Positions 11,612 to 25,108 of a DNA stretch of 64,000 nucleotides are shown here, piece by piece (the first letter of the stretch is position 1; each line of letters opens with the position of its first letter). The notes beneath the pieces were generated by a model. It had not been told where the DNA came from and made no database searches. It worked only from the letters and a program-made list of their open reading frames with translations. Made by a program: the position numbers and the translations under genes. Origin of the DNA: Monocercomonoides exilis PA203. Lineage: Eukaryota; Protista; Preaxostyla. The DNA lies in the NCBI GenBank assembly GCA_001643675.2, contig LSRY02000009.1, forward strand, positions 372,001 to 436,000, read 5' to 3'.

Positions 11612-12593
11612 GGGTTACACTTTTACTCTGACCTATATTTTTACCCCCACCCTTTTTTTTGTGGAGCTGGCTACAGCTTAATACAAGCTTGTAGCCAACA
11701 AAAAATAACTAGAAATGTTTATTTTAATAAATTTAAGTTATACAGAAAAAATTTTTTAACGAAAAATTTTTAACTTTGAGATCTCGGTATTTTTTAATTT
11801 TATTTTTTGATCATAAAATTGATGGTCTTTCCATGAATATAACATTCTGGAAGTTTTAAGCTACATCAACATTACACCTCATATCCTTTTTATTGTTTTT
11901 ATAACTTTTCACATTTCACAAATTTCTTTTTCACCTGTTTTCTCATTTCATCGACTTTTCGAAAAAATGAAATTATGTAAAGAACGGTGAATTTTAAGAA
12001 AAAATTTTTATATTATCCCAAATATATATTAAAATGTTAATTACGAAGATATTCAAAAAAGTTTTGCAAATTTGATTTCAAACAGAAAAATGAAAAACAT
12101 CAATTTCGGAATATTTGATTTTTTCAGCCAGTAACATTTTTTCTACAAAAAATTATATGTGTGTCCAACAATATATTGAGTTTAAAATGAGATGCAGCTC
12201 ACAAAATTTAAAAATTGTTTTTTTACACTAAATAATTTCATTTTTTCGAAAAGTCGATGAAATGAGAAAACAGGTGAAAAAGAAATTTGTGAAATGTGAA
12301 AAGTTATAAAAACAATAAAAAGGATATGAGGTGTAATGTTGATGTAGCTTAAAACTTCCAGAATGTTATATTCATGGAAAGACCATCAATTTTATGATCA
12401 AAAATAAAATTAAAAAATACCGAGATCTCAAAGTTAAAAATTTTTCGTTAAAAATTTTTTCTGTATAACTTAAATTTATTAAAATAAACATTTCTAGTTA
12501 TTTTTGTTGGCTACAAGCTTGTATTAAGCTGTAGCCAGCTCCACAAAAAAAAGGGTGGGGGTAAAAATATAGGTCAGAGTAAAAGTGTAACCC
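11612..12593 (-). mobile_element. Foldback element family B, copy 1 (982 bp; core inverted relative to copy 2)
   Basis: TA|GGGTTACACTTTTACTCTGACC...GGTCAGAGTAAAAGTGTAACCC|TA. Arms ~365 bp, unique core ~255 bp. Confidence 0.9.
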
Positions 12594-13050
12594 TATGCAA
12601 TAAGTTCTCCTCTTTGTTCATTGCTCGCTCGTTCATATCTCATCTCTTTTATCATCTTCTCTATTCTTTGGCTTAGCTTTGTGCACTTCCCCCGGTTTCC
12701 TCAGTATTCTCTAATTATCTGGAATCTCATCAAATTTGAAAGCAGAAAGGAAGAACCAGTGAAGAAGATGATGATTTCTCAGATATGTGTGAATGTGAAG
12801 AAGAAGAAGAAGAAGAAGAAGAAGAAGAAGAAGAAAGAAGATATTGAAAATAAAGGAAGAAATGATGAAGGTAAGCTGGCAGTTTTCTATCGTTAAGTTC
12901 GTCAACATCATCAGTTGTTTCAGGAATAGTCTCTCTCTCTCTCTTTTTTTTTTTTGATTCTTTTTTTTCTTTCATTTTCAAATCTGACGACACTGTGTTT
13001 GAAGAAGATTGCTGGATATTTGGCAATGTATCCAAATCCGTAAATTAATA

Positions 13051-14050
13051 GGGTGATTTATAAACCCGAACATTTTCATAAACCCGGTTATTTTTTTTGT
13101 TCGTTGAAACAGAGTAAATACAACATGAAAATACAAAAAACAAACTTTTATATGTTTATTTTACTATTTAATGAAAGTACTAAAATTTTTTTGTTTCAAT
13201 TTTTGTTTTTGATGAAGATCAAAGGAATTTTTAATTTATTTTTGATCATTTGTTTTGTTCGTTTTGAATCAACTTTCATTTTTTGTTTGTTTTTAATTAC
13301 AAGGTCATAAAACATACATAATGAAGTTTTACTGTTCGAAATGTTTTATGTTTTTATCTATTTTTTCTATTGTTTTTCACATTTCATCGTTTTTGACAAA
13401 AAGTGTGAAAAAATGAAATTTTCTGAACTTATATTTGATTTGAAGAATCACTGATTACGATGTCATGTAAATAAGCTAACAATGCATTGATATTCTTCAT
13501 TATTAGTCATTTTAAATTTATTTGTAAACAAAATTAGTATTTTTATCATTTTCAATATTTGATGAGTGTAATGAAAACAACAACATTTCACAAATTTTTA
13601 ACCCGGTATATGCTTTATGCAAACCTTTTTCTTTTCATGCACATCATATTTAATATGTAAAAAATATTGTACAACTCTCAATTTTCATTTTTTCATATTT
13701 TTTGTCAAAAACGATGAAATGTGAAAAACAATCGAAAAAATTAGAAAAAACAAAAAATATTTGAAACAATAAAACTTCGTTATGTATATTTAATGACATT
13801 ATACCTAAAAATTGACAGAAAAAGAAAGATAGTCCGAAACGGACAAAACAAATGATCAAAAATAAATTAAAAATTCCTTTGATCTTCATCAAAAACAAAA
13901 ATTGAAACAAAAAAATTTTAGTACTTTCATTAAATAGTAAAATAAACATATAAAAGTTTGTTTTTTGTATTTTCATGTTGTATTTACTCTGTTTCAACGA
14001 ACAAAAAAAATAACCGGGTTTATGAAAATGTTCGGGTTTATAAATCACCC
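13051..14050 (+). mobile_element. Foldback element family A, copy 2 (1000 bp)
   Basis: Same orientation and apparently the same sequence as 10152-11151. Confidence 0.9.
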
Positions 14051-14513
14051 TATTAATTTACGGATTTGGATACATTGCCAAATATCCAGCAATCTTCTTC
14101 AAACACAGTGTCGTCAGATTTGAAAATGAAAGAAAAAAAAGAATCAAAAAAAAAAAAGAGAGAGAGAGAGACTATTCCTGAAACAACTGATGATGTTGAC
14201 GAACTTAACGATAGAAAACTGCCAGCTTACCTTCATCATTTCTTCCTTTATTTTCAATATCTTCTTTCTTCTTCTTCTTCTTCTTCTTCTTCTTCTTCTT
14301 CTTCTTCTTCACATTCACACATATCTGAGAAATCATCATCTTCTTCACTGGTTCTTCCTTTCTGCTTTCAAATTTGATGAGATTCCAGATAATTAGAGAA
14401 TACTGAGGAAACCGGGGGAAGTGCACAAAGCTAAGCCAAAGAATAGAGAAGATGATAAAAGAGATGAGATATGAACGAGCGAGCAATGAACAAAGAGGAG
14501 AACTTATTGCATA

Positions 14514-15498
14514 GGGTTACACTTTTACTCTGACCTATATTTTTACCCCCACCCTTTTTTTTGTGGAGCTGGCTACAGCTTAATACAAGCTTGTAGCCAA
14601 CAAAAAATAACTAGAAATGTTTATTTTAATAAATTTAAGTTATACAGAAAAAATTTTTTAACGAAAAATTTTTAACTTTGAGATCTCGGTATTTTTTAAT
14701 TTTATTTTTTGATCATAAAATTGATGGTCTTTCCATGAATATAACATTCTGGAAGTTTTAAGCTACATCAACATTACACCTCATATCCTTTTTATTGTTT
14801 TTATAACTTTTCACATTTCACAAATTTCTTTTTCACCTGTTTTCTCATTTCATCGACTTTTCGAAAAAATGAAATTATTTAGTGTAAAAAAACAATTTTT
14901 AAATTTTGTGAGCTGCATCTCATTTTAAACTCAATATATTGTTGGACACACATATAATTTTTTGTAGAAAAAATGTTACTGGCTGAAAAAATCAAATATT
15001 CCGAAATTGATGTTTTTCATTTTTCTGTTTGAAATCAAATTTGCAAAACTTTTTTGAATATCTTCGTAATTAACATTTTAATATATATTTGGGATAATAT
15101 AAAAATTTTTTCTTAAAATTCACCGTTCTTTACATAATTTCATTTTTTCGAAAAGTCGATGAAATGAGAAAACAGGTGAAAAAGAAATTTGTGAAATGTG
15201 AAAAGTTATAAAAACAATAAAAAGGATATGAGGTGTAATGTTGATGTAGCTTAAAACTTCCAGAATGTTATATTCATGGAAAGACCATCAATTTTATGAT
15301 CAAAAAATAAAATTAAAAAATACCGAGATCTCAAAGTTAAAAATTTTTCGTTAAAAAATTTTTTCTGTATAACTTAAATTTATTAAAATAAACATTTCTA
15401 GTTATTTTTTGTTGGCTACAAGCTTGTATTAAGCTGTAGCCAGCTCCACAAAAAAAAGGGTGGGGGTAAAAATATAGGTCAGAGTAAAAGTGTAACCC
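14514..15498 (+). mobile_element. Foldback element family B, copy 2 (985 bp; TA-flanked)
   Basis: Same termini as 11612-12593. The core is the reverse complement of the core in copy 1. Confidence 0.9.
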
Positions 15499-17100
15499 TA
15501 CATAATTCCGAAATAACTGAAATTAGCGGCATTTCATTGAATGAACAGAAGATAAGCGCAGAAGTTAAATTTGAAGTGAAATGAAATGAAGAAGCTACTA
15601 TAAGGGTGAAACAAAAATCATCAAACACAATTGAGAATAAGAAGAAGATTATGAAGATACAAAATGCCATCCAATAGCCTGCTTCTGCTCTTCAACTTCG
15701 AATATCCTTCAAATGAAGTTGTTTCAGATTGGATTAGAGAGAAAATAGTTGTTCTATCAGAACATGACGATAATTCTCCAAACAAAAACTCGATGAAGAT
15801 GAAGAAGCTGTTACAGATGCATTTCTGTGAAAGTGACTTGTCTCTCTTTTCGGTTGGACTGATTTCCTTGTCTTCTCTGTGTAATTTTTTTATTTTTTGC
15901 CATCTACTCCTTGTTTCATTCATCTGCGTTGAGTAAAAGGTTATTAACATTTTCCAATAAAAGAATCTCCAAAAGCGATGTCTTTTCGAGCAATGCTCAA
16001 AAAGAATGGACTTTGTGCAAATTCACTCAATATACACTCATTTGGTATCCCAAAGAAGGAAGAAGACGAAGACGATGCTGAAGAAGATTGCCAAATACGG
16101 ATGAAAGCAATAAAATATGAAGAAGAAGATGAGCAGATATTGCGAATAAAATTCCTCTCTCTGTCGGAGTGGCTTGTGGTAAAATTGAGCCAAATGAGAA
16201 GAAGTCAGCTGTATTTCCAGCAGAATATTCAGCAAAACGAGAATCACCAAAATTAACAGTGCTATCAGAAAAAACATTTTTTGTGTTGAATGAAACAGTC
16301 ATTGGCCATTGAAATGTTTCTGTTGCAATTGGCGCGCAATTAGATTGAATGATGTTGACGCATGTGAAATTTTCGACTGATGAATTTTCACAACGTTTTC
16401 CTGTCGATTCAGCTGAACATGAAATAATGAGATGTTAATTTTTCCATTTTCTTGCCTTTTCAATCGATTTGATTGAAATTACAAGCAAAAAATGAAAGCC
16501 CTTCTCTAAAAAGTTGTCATTCACCATCCAAATCGAAGTTCTAAGAATTGGTCCATCTTTGTTGCATCTGTAGAAAATTTATTTCTTCTCATTCTTCACA
16601 TGAATTATCAAATTTCTCATTCTTTCAAAGTCCCTACAAATAAAAAAAAAAGAACAATCACTTCAAAAAAAGAACAACAGCAAACCTTCAGAACGTTGCT
16701 TAAGTCATTTTCGTTTTTATTCTTTTGAACAAAGCTCATTTTCCTCAAATAAAAATTCATTATTCCTTCGGTTTTAAATTGTTTCATCATCTAATTCGCT
16801 TAATCACCTTTTAAGATGTCATTTCTCCTTCAAAGGAGTCGACTTTTGACTTTTCGAGGAAAAGAAATACCATTATTATCTTTTCAATTCCATCATTTAT
16901 CATCGAAAAATTAAACAAAATCCAACGGTCATCCAATATCTTCTTCTTGAACAGAAGATACTGCACAAACTTTCCTCACTTGAAATTCCACTCTGAAAAG
17001 CAAAGATTGGCCAATAAAACAATTTGTCAGATTCTTGGAATAAATAAATGATTCAGTGGAAATATCTTCAGAATAAATAGGATTTAAAAAGGATAAACAT
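15499..17100 (-). pseudogene. Decayed coding-like sequence (possible membrane/surface protein remnant), interrupted by element B
   Basis: Several short minus-strand ORFs with hydrophobic stretches and no continuous frame. It appears to continue into spacer S. Confidence 0.3.
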
Positions 17101-17493
17101 TCATATTATTTTCTTTTGCAATTAAATTTTTGCTCCTTCGTGGCAGACTAAATACAAAAAAATTCCAATTAAAAATTTCAAAGCACATAAAATGTTATCA
17201 TTGCCTGTTATCGCCACAGGTTATAATTGAAGGCATTCCTCAAAAATATTTCATTCATCATTCTTTTATTTTAACAGGGAATATTTCCGTCTTCGATAAT
17301 TTTTTGTTCATAATATCCATAACAGCAAACAAAAGAAGATAAAGTTTTTTTTTTCTTCTTCTCAATCCTTTGTTAAAGATTCTTGCTCTAAAAACATGGT
17401 GTGAACGCACATATTTTAAAGGCAATTTTTGAGTTTTTATTTTTCATCTGTTTCATTTATCCAAACATATGCGAATTCAATGTGAATGGCAAA

Positions 17494-19118
17494 ATGAAAT
17501 TGTTTTCTGGTTGCGATGCGTTTTTGAAAATTCAGTTGAATGACACATCAAAAAGAGTTACAGGTTTGTTATTGTTGTTGTATTTGAAACATGTTTGTTA
17601 CAATTTTTATCTTTTTTATTGAAGAATTGTTTTCTGAACTGGAAGATTGCGATGAAGAAGAACAGAAACAGAAAATCGAAGAAATGAATGAACAAATGGA
17701 AGAAATGAATAAGGATAAATTTGAGTCTGTATTTTCAGAAGAATTGTTCAACAAAATTCACCAAATGATTGAAGAAGAGAAACTTTCGATGCGAAATGCA
17801 ATTTTGTTGCTGAAACACATTGGATATTGCAATGTTCTGAAAAGCATTTGGATTTGTAGTTTTGAAAAATCTTTGTTGAACAAAAGATTTGAGAAGATGA
17901 TTATTGAAGAAGAAAAGAAAAAAGAAGAAAAGGATGAAAAGCATTTAGCTGATCTTTATGAATGCTTCATACCTTTGAGCTTCGATTTCGCACAAGGATT
18001 AATTTTAATGTGTGTATTTTGTCTTCTGAAAGTTGCATTGAAGAAAGAAGAAGAAGAGGAAACGCAAAAAGAAGTGGAAATGGCATTACTGGCTTTGAGT
18101 TCAATTCAATGTGTATGAGCATTTCAATTTCCTTTTTGGTATTTTTGATTTTTTCCTAATTTCTAAGGATGTGAAAAATGAGCTGTATGCGAATGGAATC
18201 AAAGAAATCATCCAATATCACCAGAAATGCGGCAATCTCACTCGTCTTGCGTATCAGTCTGCTTGGCTGTTTTTGATTTTTCGATCTTTTTACGATGAGG
18301 ATTTGGTAGCGGCCATTGTTAATGAACTTCATTTTGTGGAAGATGCAAGAAGAGAAATTGAAGATCTGTCAAAATGTGTGGATAGGAAGAGAAAAGAAGA
18401 AGAAAATGAAAAAAGAAGAAAAGAAACAAAAGAAGAGCTTCTTTTGATTCGATGGCTGCAAACGTTGATGGATTATTTTTTCGATTTCGAATTATGGAAT
18501 GAAGACTATTCTGTGATTATTGAAAGCATTGCAAGAGTATATGGAGAGGCAAGTGATCATAACAGAGAAATTCGCAAACAGTGCATTTATTTTTTTAAAC
18601 ATGCAGCAGAAAATTTTAATGTGAAAGTTGATGCTTTGCTGAGAGGCGGAGCTGTTGATGCTGTTTTGGAAGAGATTCATCAACAAACATTGGTCGATAC
18701 AATTTCACGTTATGCCCTGATATTTTGTGTGATTATTTCAGAAAGACTGAAAAAAGAGGAGGAAGAAGAGGAGGATGACGAAATAGAAGAAGAGAAGGTT
18801 GAAGAGGAGGAAGAAGAAGAGGAAGAGGAGAGAGACGAAGAGAAGGTTGAAGAGGAGGAAGAAGAAGAGGAAGAAGAGAGAGACGAAGAGAAGGTTGAAG
18901 AGGAGGAAGAAGAGGAGGAAGAAGAGAGAGACGAAGCGAAAAAAGATGAAATGGAAGAAGAGAAAAGAAAAGGGTTGAAAAGAAAAGTGCTTGAAAAGAT
19001 GGAAGAAGAAGGATACGAAGATGCCATCACAAGCTATCGTGGAATATTTTCTTTTCTTGGCAGAAAATATCTTTGTGGATTACCGTTGAATATTTCAGAT
19101 TATTTTGTGAGTATTTGA
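17494..19118 (+). CDS. Lineage-specific helical-repeat-like protein ('LFSELE...MEEEGYED' family), 3 exons
   Basis: Exons 17494-17563, 17625-18112 and 18168-19118 join in frame through GT-AG introns. Shares LFSELE, NLTRLxYQSAW and KMEEEGYED with the other two copies. Confidence 0.8.
18789..18932 (+). repeat. 48-bp coding tandem repeat x3 ([16 protein letters not shown])
   Basis: Units start at 18789, 18837 and 18885. Confidence 0.85.
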
Positions 19119-19699
19119 GGAAATGAGATTCGTTACAAATTGTGTCTCGGAAGTTCAATTTTTGATTTCTTTCTCTTTTTTCTTTCTTTTTCTTTCTTTC
19201 CTTTTTTCTCGCTCTCTCTGGTTTAATTTTAATTTTATTATTTTAATAATTTTTGTTATTTATTTTTCGATTCTTTTTTTATAAGATGGAGTTGGAATAG
19301 ATTGATTTATTCGAATGAAAATAGCTTTTACAAATTATCAATATTTATTTTTCATTAATACCTTTTATTGGAATAAAAAAAATTGATTGGAATGAAGACA
19401 GTCTTTTCAGAATAATTCTTAAAAAATTTATTTTCTAATATGTTTCAAGAAAATACATTTTTTTGTCAGTAAGTGCATTTGTTAATGAATCAGATATATT
19501 TGTTTTTAAAAACAAAACCAAAAAAAAAAAAAAAAACTTTAGATGAATAATTTACAAGATTTTTAGTTTATTTTTGATTAATAATTGCTGAAAAATCATG
19601 TTCTTCTTTTAATTACAACAAAAGCAATCGAAATAGAAAAGCACTTGGTGATAAAATATTATTGTTCCTTTCACAATGTTTGTTAATTCTTTTTTGTTA

Positions 19700-21250
19700 T
19701 TTTTTCACAATATTTTTCACATTTTCGATCAAACAGGTCGAAAAAAAATTTCAAACAATAACAAATCACAAAATGAACTTCATTTGGCTGAAATTGTTCC
19801 AGATGTCTGATTATGCATGTTATTCGCCCCTCCGCTTGAAACTCTATCAGTTGCAGATGATGATGTTCCAGTTGTTTTTGAGTCATTCAATTCACACCAA
19901 GAGAAGGGATTCGCCTGATCGTCTGCTATCTGCTGTTTCCCTTTTTGCGATTCCTTGCACTTCCATTGGCTGCAGCATTTCGAGAGCGATAGAACCCAAT
20001 GAATGAATTGTTTGAGGAGGAAAATGAAGGCATGTTCGACAAAGCAGCGGAGCTTGGGCTGAATGTGCAGAGGGACTTCTGTGTGAGTGAAGAGGAGTGG
20101 GCGGCAGGAGGCGACGGTGCGAGGGGCTTAAGTGGAGAGCCAACAAGAACAGAAGGGGCAGACAATTGGGTGTGGAGCAAGGGAGAAAAAGGAGGAGTAG
20201 CAAATGTTGAGGAGGCTGTGATGTTTTGAGTGTGCAGCTGGGCAGATGAGAGTGCGCTGTTGAACAAGCAGAATGTCTGCTGCAATTCGTCTTCATCATC
20301 ACCTCCTACTTCTCTTCTCCTGTCCCTCCTCCTCCTTTCAGTTGCCGCCTGTTCTTGTCGTGGTTCGAAAGTGCAATTTGCGGTGTGCAAAACTCGTAGT
20401 GCATGTTCGACTTCGTCTTTGGCTCTTCCTGCTGTCTCCATTTCTTCTGCTCTTCGATCAATTTGCTTCTGAAATCCACCTTCTTTGCCTCTTCCACTTG
20501 AACTCGTATTCCTCTCTGCTCCTTGGCGGTGTAATAAATTTAGTGGATGAACGCAACGTGCCTAGGAGCTCCTTCCCCCTCTCTCTTCCATTCACCCCAT
20601 TCAGCACAGCCTGCGCACAGAAGCCATATGAAATGCTGAAGCAGAGTGGGATGTGCCACTGTGGAAGAGTTAAGCAGTTCAAATGCATATCCAGAAAAAC
20701 TGCACAATGCATTGATGGATGACAACAAAGAAGAGAAAAATGAAAAAGGAGGAGGAGGAGAAGAAGAAGAAAAGGAAGAAGAGGAGGAGGTAGAGGAGGA
20801 AGAGGAGGAAGAGGAGGAAGAGTATAATGGACAAGATAAAAAAAAATTAGAATAGCATTTGTTGTGGAGGCGCACATGAAAACAATGATGGCGAAGAAGA
20901 AGATGAAGACGATGCAAAAGGTGATGAAGAAGTCGTTATTGAAATCTTTAATGTTGGATGTCTTCAAACAGAAGATATTTTCAACATCACAACCTCATCT
21001 GCTCGTGTGGGTAACGCTTCGATGGCATAAGGCTGAAGACAAAGGACAAATGACTATTATCCATTTTGCCTGTCATTTGCCTCTTGCTTCCTGTATCACA
21101 CCAAGCTGCCTGATTTTCTCGTATTTTAGGCTCTTCAGCCAAGCAATGAAAAGCAGTTCCATTGTTATTCCCAGCGCATAATATCAACGCCTTGTCCATC
21201 TCATCCCAAGAGAGTCGCCTTGTTCTGTTCCAACTTCTGCCAATCTCCTG
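19700..21250 (-). pseudogene. Degenerate GC-richer coding-like region, probably a pseudogene
   Basis: Overlapping broken ORFs (19926-20441, 20458-20967) with coding-like composition. No recognisable domain. Confidence 0.3.
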
Positions 21251-22045
21251 TTTCAGTCATTTACACCAACCTTTCCAACAATTTTCTTTTTGATGACACC
21301 CTCTCCATATTCTAAAAAGGACTCTCTTTTCATAGAAACTGATCATTCTATCTTTCTGTCTTTGGCGTCTTCTAATCCTGTGAATTTCCCTTCAATTAAT
21401 ATTCGTTTTTCATTGTATTTCCACATATTTCGCTTTGAGTCAACAATAATAGGTGAATATTTTTGTAAATAAAAAAGCAACCAGAATCAAACGCATGATA
21501 TTTATGAGGTAATATTTGGATCTCTCCATTGTTGTCTGCCCTGAAAAGAAAGGATTGGCCATTTCAATAATTCGTGATATTTCCGGACTTTGAAAAGGAT
21601 TCAGATGGAAATACTTTTTAAAAAATAGGACAATAAAAGAATGCAAACAATAAGTTTAAAACGTTCAATAACTTTTGTTGTTGAGATTGCTTGACCGCTC
21701 AAATGTGAAAAAAATAGTGCATCAATAAATCAAAAAGAATATATCATCTCACGGAAGCGCAAAGTCACCGGAATTAATTGAATAAAGAATGAAATAGAGT
21801 TTTATTGCTCAATCTTTCATTTTAACAAGAAATATTTTCGTTCAAAGAAAACAATTCGATCATAACCTCCATAATAGCAAACCGAATAAAAAATAAAACG
21901 TTGTTTCTCTTCTTAATACATTGCCAAAAATGCAAACACAAGAAGAAACTGTGTGAACGCACATATTTTAAAGGCAATTTTTGAGTTTTTATTTTTCATC
22001 TGTTTCATTTATCCAAACATATGCGAATTCAATGTGAATGGCAAA

Positions 22046-23503
22046 ATGAAATTGTTTTCTGGTTGCGATGCGTTTTTGAAAATTCAGTTGAATGACACAT
22101 CAAAAAGAGTTACAGGTTTGTTATTGTTGTTGTATTTGAATCATGATTGTTACAATTTTTATCTTTTTTATTGAAGAATTGTTTTCTGAACTGGAAGATT
22201 GCGATGAAGAAGAACAGAAACAGAAAATTGTTGAAATGAACGGACTCGTGGACTACATGAATGAAGACGAATACAAATCTGTTTTCACGATTGAGCTATT
22301 CAATAAAATAGATAAAATGATTGGAGAAAAACGAATTAATTTGAAAGCTGCAATTCATCTGTTGAAGCACATTGGCTATTGCAAGAAATTTAAAAACTTT
22401 CATTGCTATAGCTCTTTCCATTCTCTGCTGCCTAAAAGAATCGAGGAGATGATTGTTAAAGAAGAAGAGAAAAAAGAAGAAAAGAATGAAAGGCTTCTCG
22501 TCGATCTTTGCGAATGCTATGTAATGACATACCAGTGCATAATTCCAGACAGATTGATTGTGATTTGTTTGCCTTGCCTTTTGAATGCTGCTTCTAACAA
22601 AATGGAAAACGAAGAAACACGAAATGAAGTCGAAATGGTTCTTTTTTCTTTGAGTTTGATTGAAACGACAATGGTTTGAAATTACTTTTTCTTTATTTGC
22701 TTGGAGTTGCATTTATTTATTTTTATTAGAGAGTGAATACAGATATTTACCTGAATGAAATAATAGAAATCATTGAATATCACAAGGAACATCGGAATTT
22801 GACACGACTTGGTTATCAATCTGCTTGGAAGTTCCTCGTTCTAAGACTTCAGCGAGAAGGAGAATTTGAAGATGTCATTTTGAATGAGTTTCATTTTGTG
22901 AAAGAAGCAACAAGAGAATTGGATGAGCTGAGGGAATGTGTGAATTGGAAGAGAAAAGGAGGGAAGGAGAAAGAGGCGAGGAGAAGCGAAGCGAAAGAAG
23001 TGAACGTCATAATGGAATGGCTCAGAATGGTAATGGCTTATTTTCGTGAACGTCTATTTTTGGATGAAGAACATATTGAGCTGATTCGTTGCATTGTCAC
23101 TCTGTGCAGAGCAGCAAGAGAATATGAAAAAGAAATTGTTGGTGTCAGCTTTTTTGTTTTTAAAACAGTGGCAAAAATAAAACCAGTCTGTGTGGTTTGT
23201 TTGACGAAGAGTGGAGCAGCGAATGTTGTTTTGGAGGAAATTCAGCAAGCAACTTTGGAACACGACATGGCACATTATCATTTGAGATTCTTTTTGAAAT
23301 TATCAAAAACATTGAAATGGAAGATGGTTGATGAAATGGAAGAAGCGAAAAGAAAGGCAATAAAAATGGAGATGTTTGAAAAGATGGAAGAGGAAGGATA
23401 CGAAGATTGCATTGAGAGTTTTCATAAGATCTTTGATTTTCTGGATAGAAAATACTATGATGGTTTATCGTTGAATATTTCAGATTATTTTGTGAATGCT
23501 TGA
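22046..23503 (+). CDS. Lineage-specific helical-repeat-like protein ('LFSELE...MEEEGYED' family), 3 exons
   Basis: Exons 22046-22115, 22177-22673 and 22730-23503 are in frame. Paralog of 17494-19118. Confidence 0.8.
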
Positions 23504-24666
23504 GAAATGAGTAGAATGGGACTTTGTAACTCAAAATTTTTATTTTTTCTTTTTTCATCATTTCGCAAAATAGAAAACAAATACTCATTTGAATCTTTTA
23601 TGAAAGACTTTTTATTTTTTTAATTTTATAAAAATTTAACATATCAATAAAAGAAATTGGGAAAGAAAGAAAGTTGGAATTTTGTTTCGATTGTTTAACT
23701 TTCATCTTTTTTTTTTATAATCATTCCGCAAAGGAATAATTAACTCAGAAGTTCCATTGAAAAAGTTGAAAAAAATAGTCATGCGTATTCATCGTATTCA
23801 GGAGTATTTTCTCTTTTCTTATAAACAGGTCTGTGTTCTTCTGTTTCCTCCCAAATATCACCAAATTCAATTTAATTTGATTGAATCGTAGTTGAAAATC
23901 AAAACCTTGAGAACAAAAAGATGATTTTCAAGATGAATGTGAAAGCAAAGAAAAAATACAAAATCTTTGCAATTCGATGATCATTTGTCAGTTCACGACC
24001 ACAAATATTAACTTCCACTTTTCATCTATTTAATTGTATCTCCTTCCAATGTGAATCGACAAACAGAAATAATGGGGGGAAAATGACCACTGCCAGATAT
24101 TAATATGATGGAGAAAAAAATGTCTCGAAGAATAAAAAGGAGATTAAGAAATAGGGTGTATATTTTATCTTGACCTCAAAATTTTATCTCATCCCTGTTT
24201 TTTTGAAACATATTTTTGCTTTTTTGATTTGTGAAAAGGCTAAAAACAAAAACAAAATAAATAGACTTTCTAATATTTTTGTTTTTAAGAATTCTGTTAA
24301 AAATTTTTTTGAAATTTTTATTTTCAAAAAAATATTCAAAATTTTTATTATTTTAGGGGACAGATCAAAGATTTTCTGGTAATGAAGCCAATATTTCATA
24401 ATGAGCGTTGAAAGCCACAGCATCACAATTCTTCACTCCTATATTATTATTTTCACTTGTTTTTAACATAATCAATATAATTTTTTATCTTTTTTTCTCA
24501 TTTCACTGTTTTTGCTTAAAACACGATTTTCGGAACAAATATGAATTTGTGTAAATTATTAAGCACATAAAAAATAAAAACAAGGCGTTATTTATTGTAT
24601 ATTTTTATTTAATTCTGAAAAGAAAAAGAATTGGACAAGAATTTGAAGCGAAATGGAAGAACATAT

Positions 24667-24933
24667 GGAGCTAAATATTTCACTAAAGGCATTTTTATTT
24701 AATAATTATGCACTTTTCAATGACTATTTGAGATTAAAAAACACAAAAAAATGGTTCTTTTATTTGACATTCGTGAAATGTTGGAAAACTTTATGTTTTA
24801 ATTTCAACGATGCCTGTTAACTGATATGAAAATCAAAATTATTAAGAAATCTGAGAAAGCGATGAAAAGTTATGGGCGAAACAATTTTTTCATGCTTTGT
24901 GCATATAAAGCTTGAAAGTCCGTATTTTCACCC
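24667..24933 (-). mobile_element. MITE family I copy (267 bp; ATAT TSD)
   Basis: Reverse-complement homolog of 25109-25374. ATAT|GGAG...TCACCC|ATAT. Confidence 0.75.
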
Positions 24934-25108
24934 ATATGAAAATTTTGATCTGAGAATTGTTCGTCATATACAAATATTTTATTGTTTTTCCTTTGAGATA
25001 TCATTTCATTTCAAATTAGTTTTATTTCATATCATTAAATTTTCAAACAAATGGATGCATGTCTCTGAAATAATGCTTTCTGAAAAAATGTGTGAAATGA
25101 GAAAAAGT

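Noticed and set aside
11609-11620. TAGGGT(TA) element ends as telomeric TTAGGG seeds (telomere-bearing elements)
   Set aside because: Only one partial unit is present, only B matches beyond TAGGGT, and the small MITEs have AT|GGG. Transposon termini explain it more simply.
11167-14486. Triplicated ORFs MDTLPNIQ... / MLARSYL... as a small gene family
   Set aside because: They are non-ATG frames over a (TCT)n microsatellite within the triplicated spacer, at most a pseudogene remnant.
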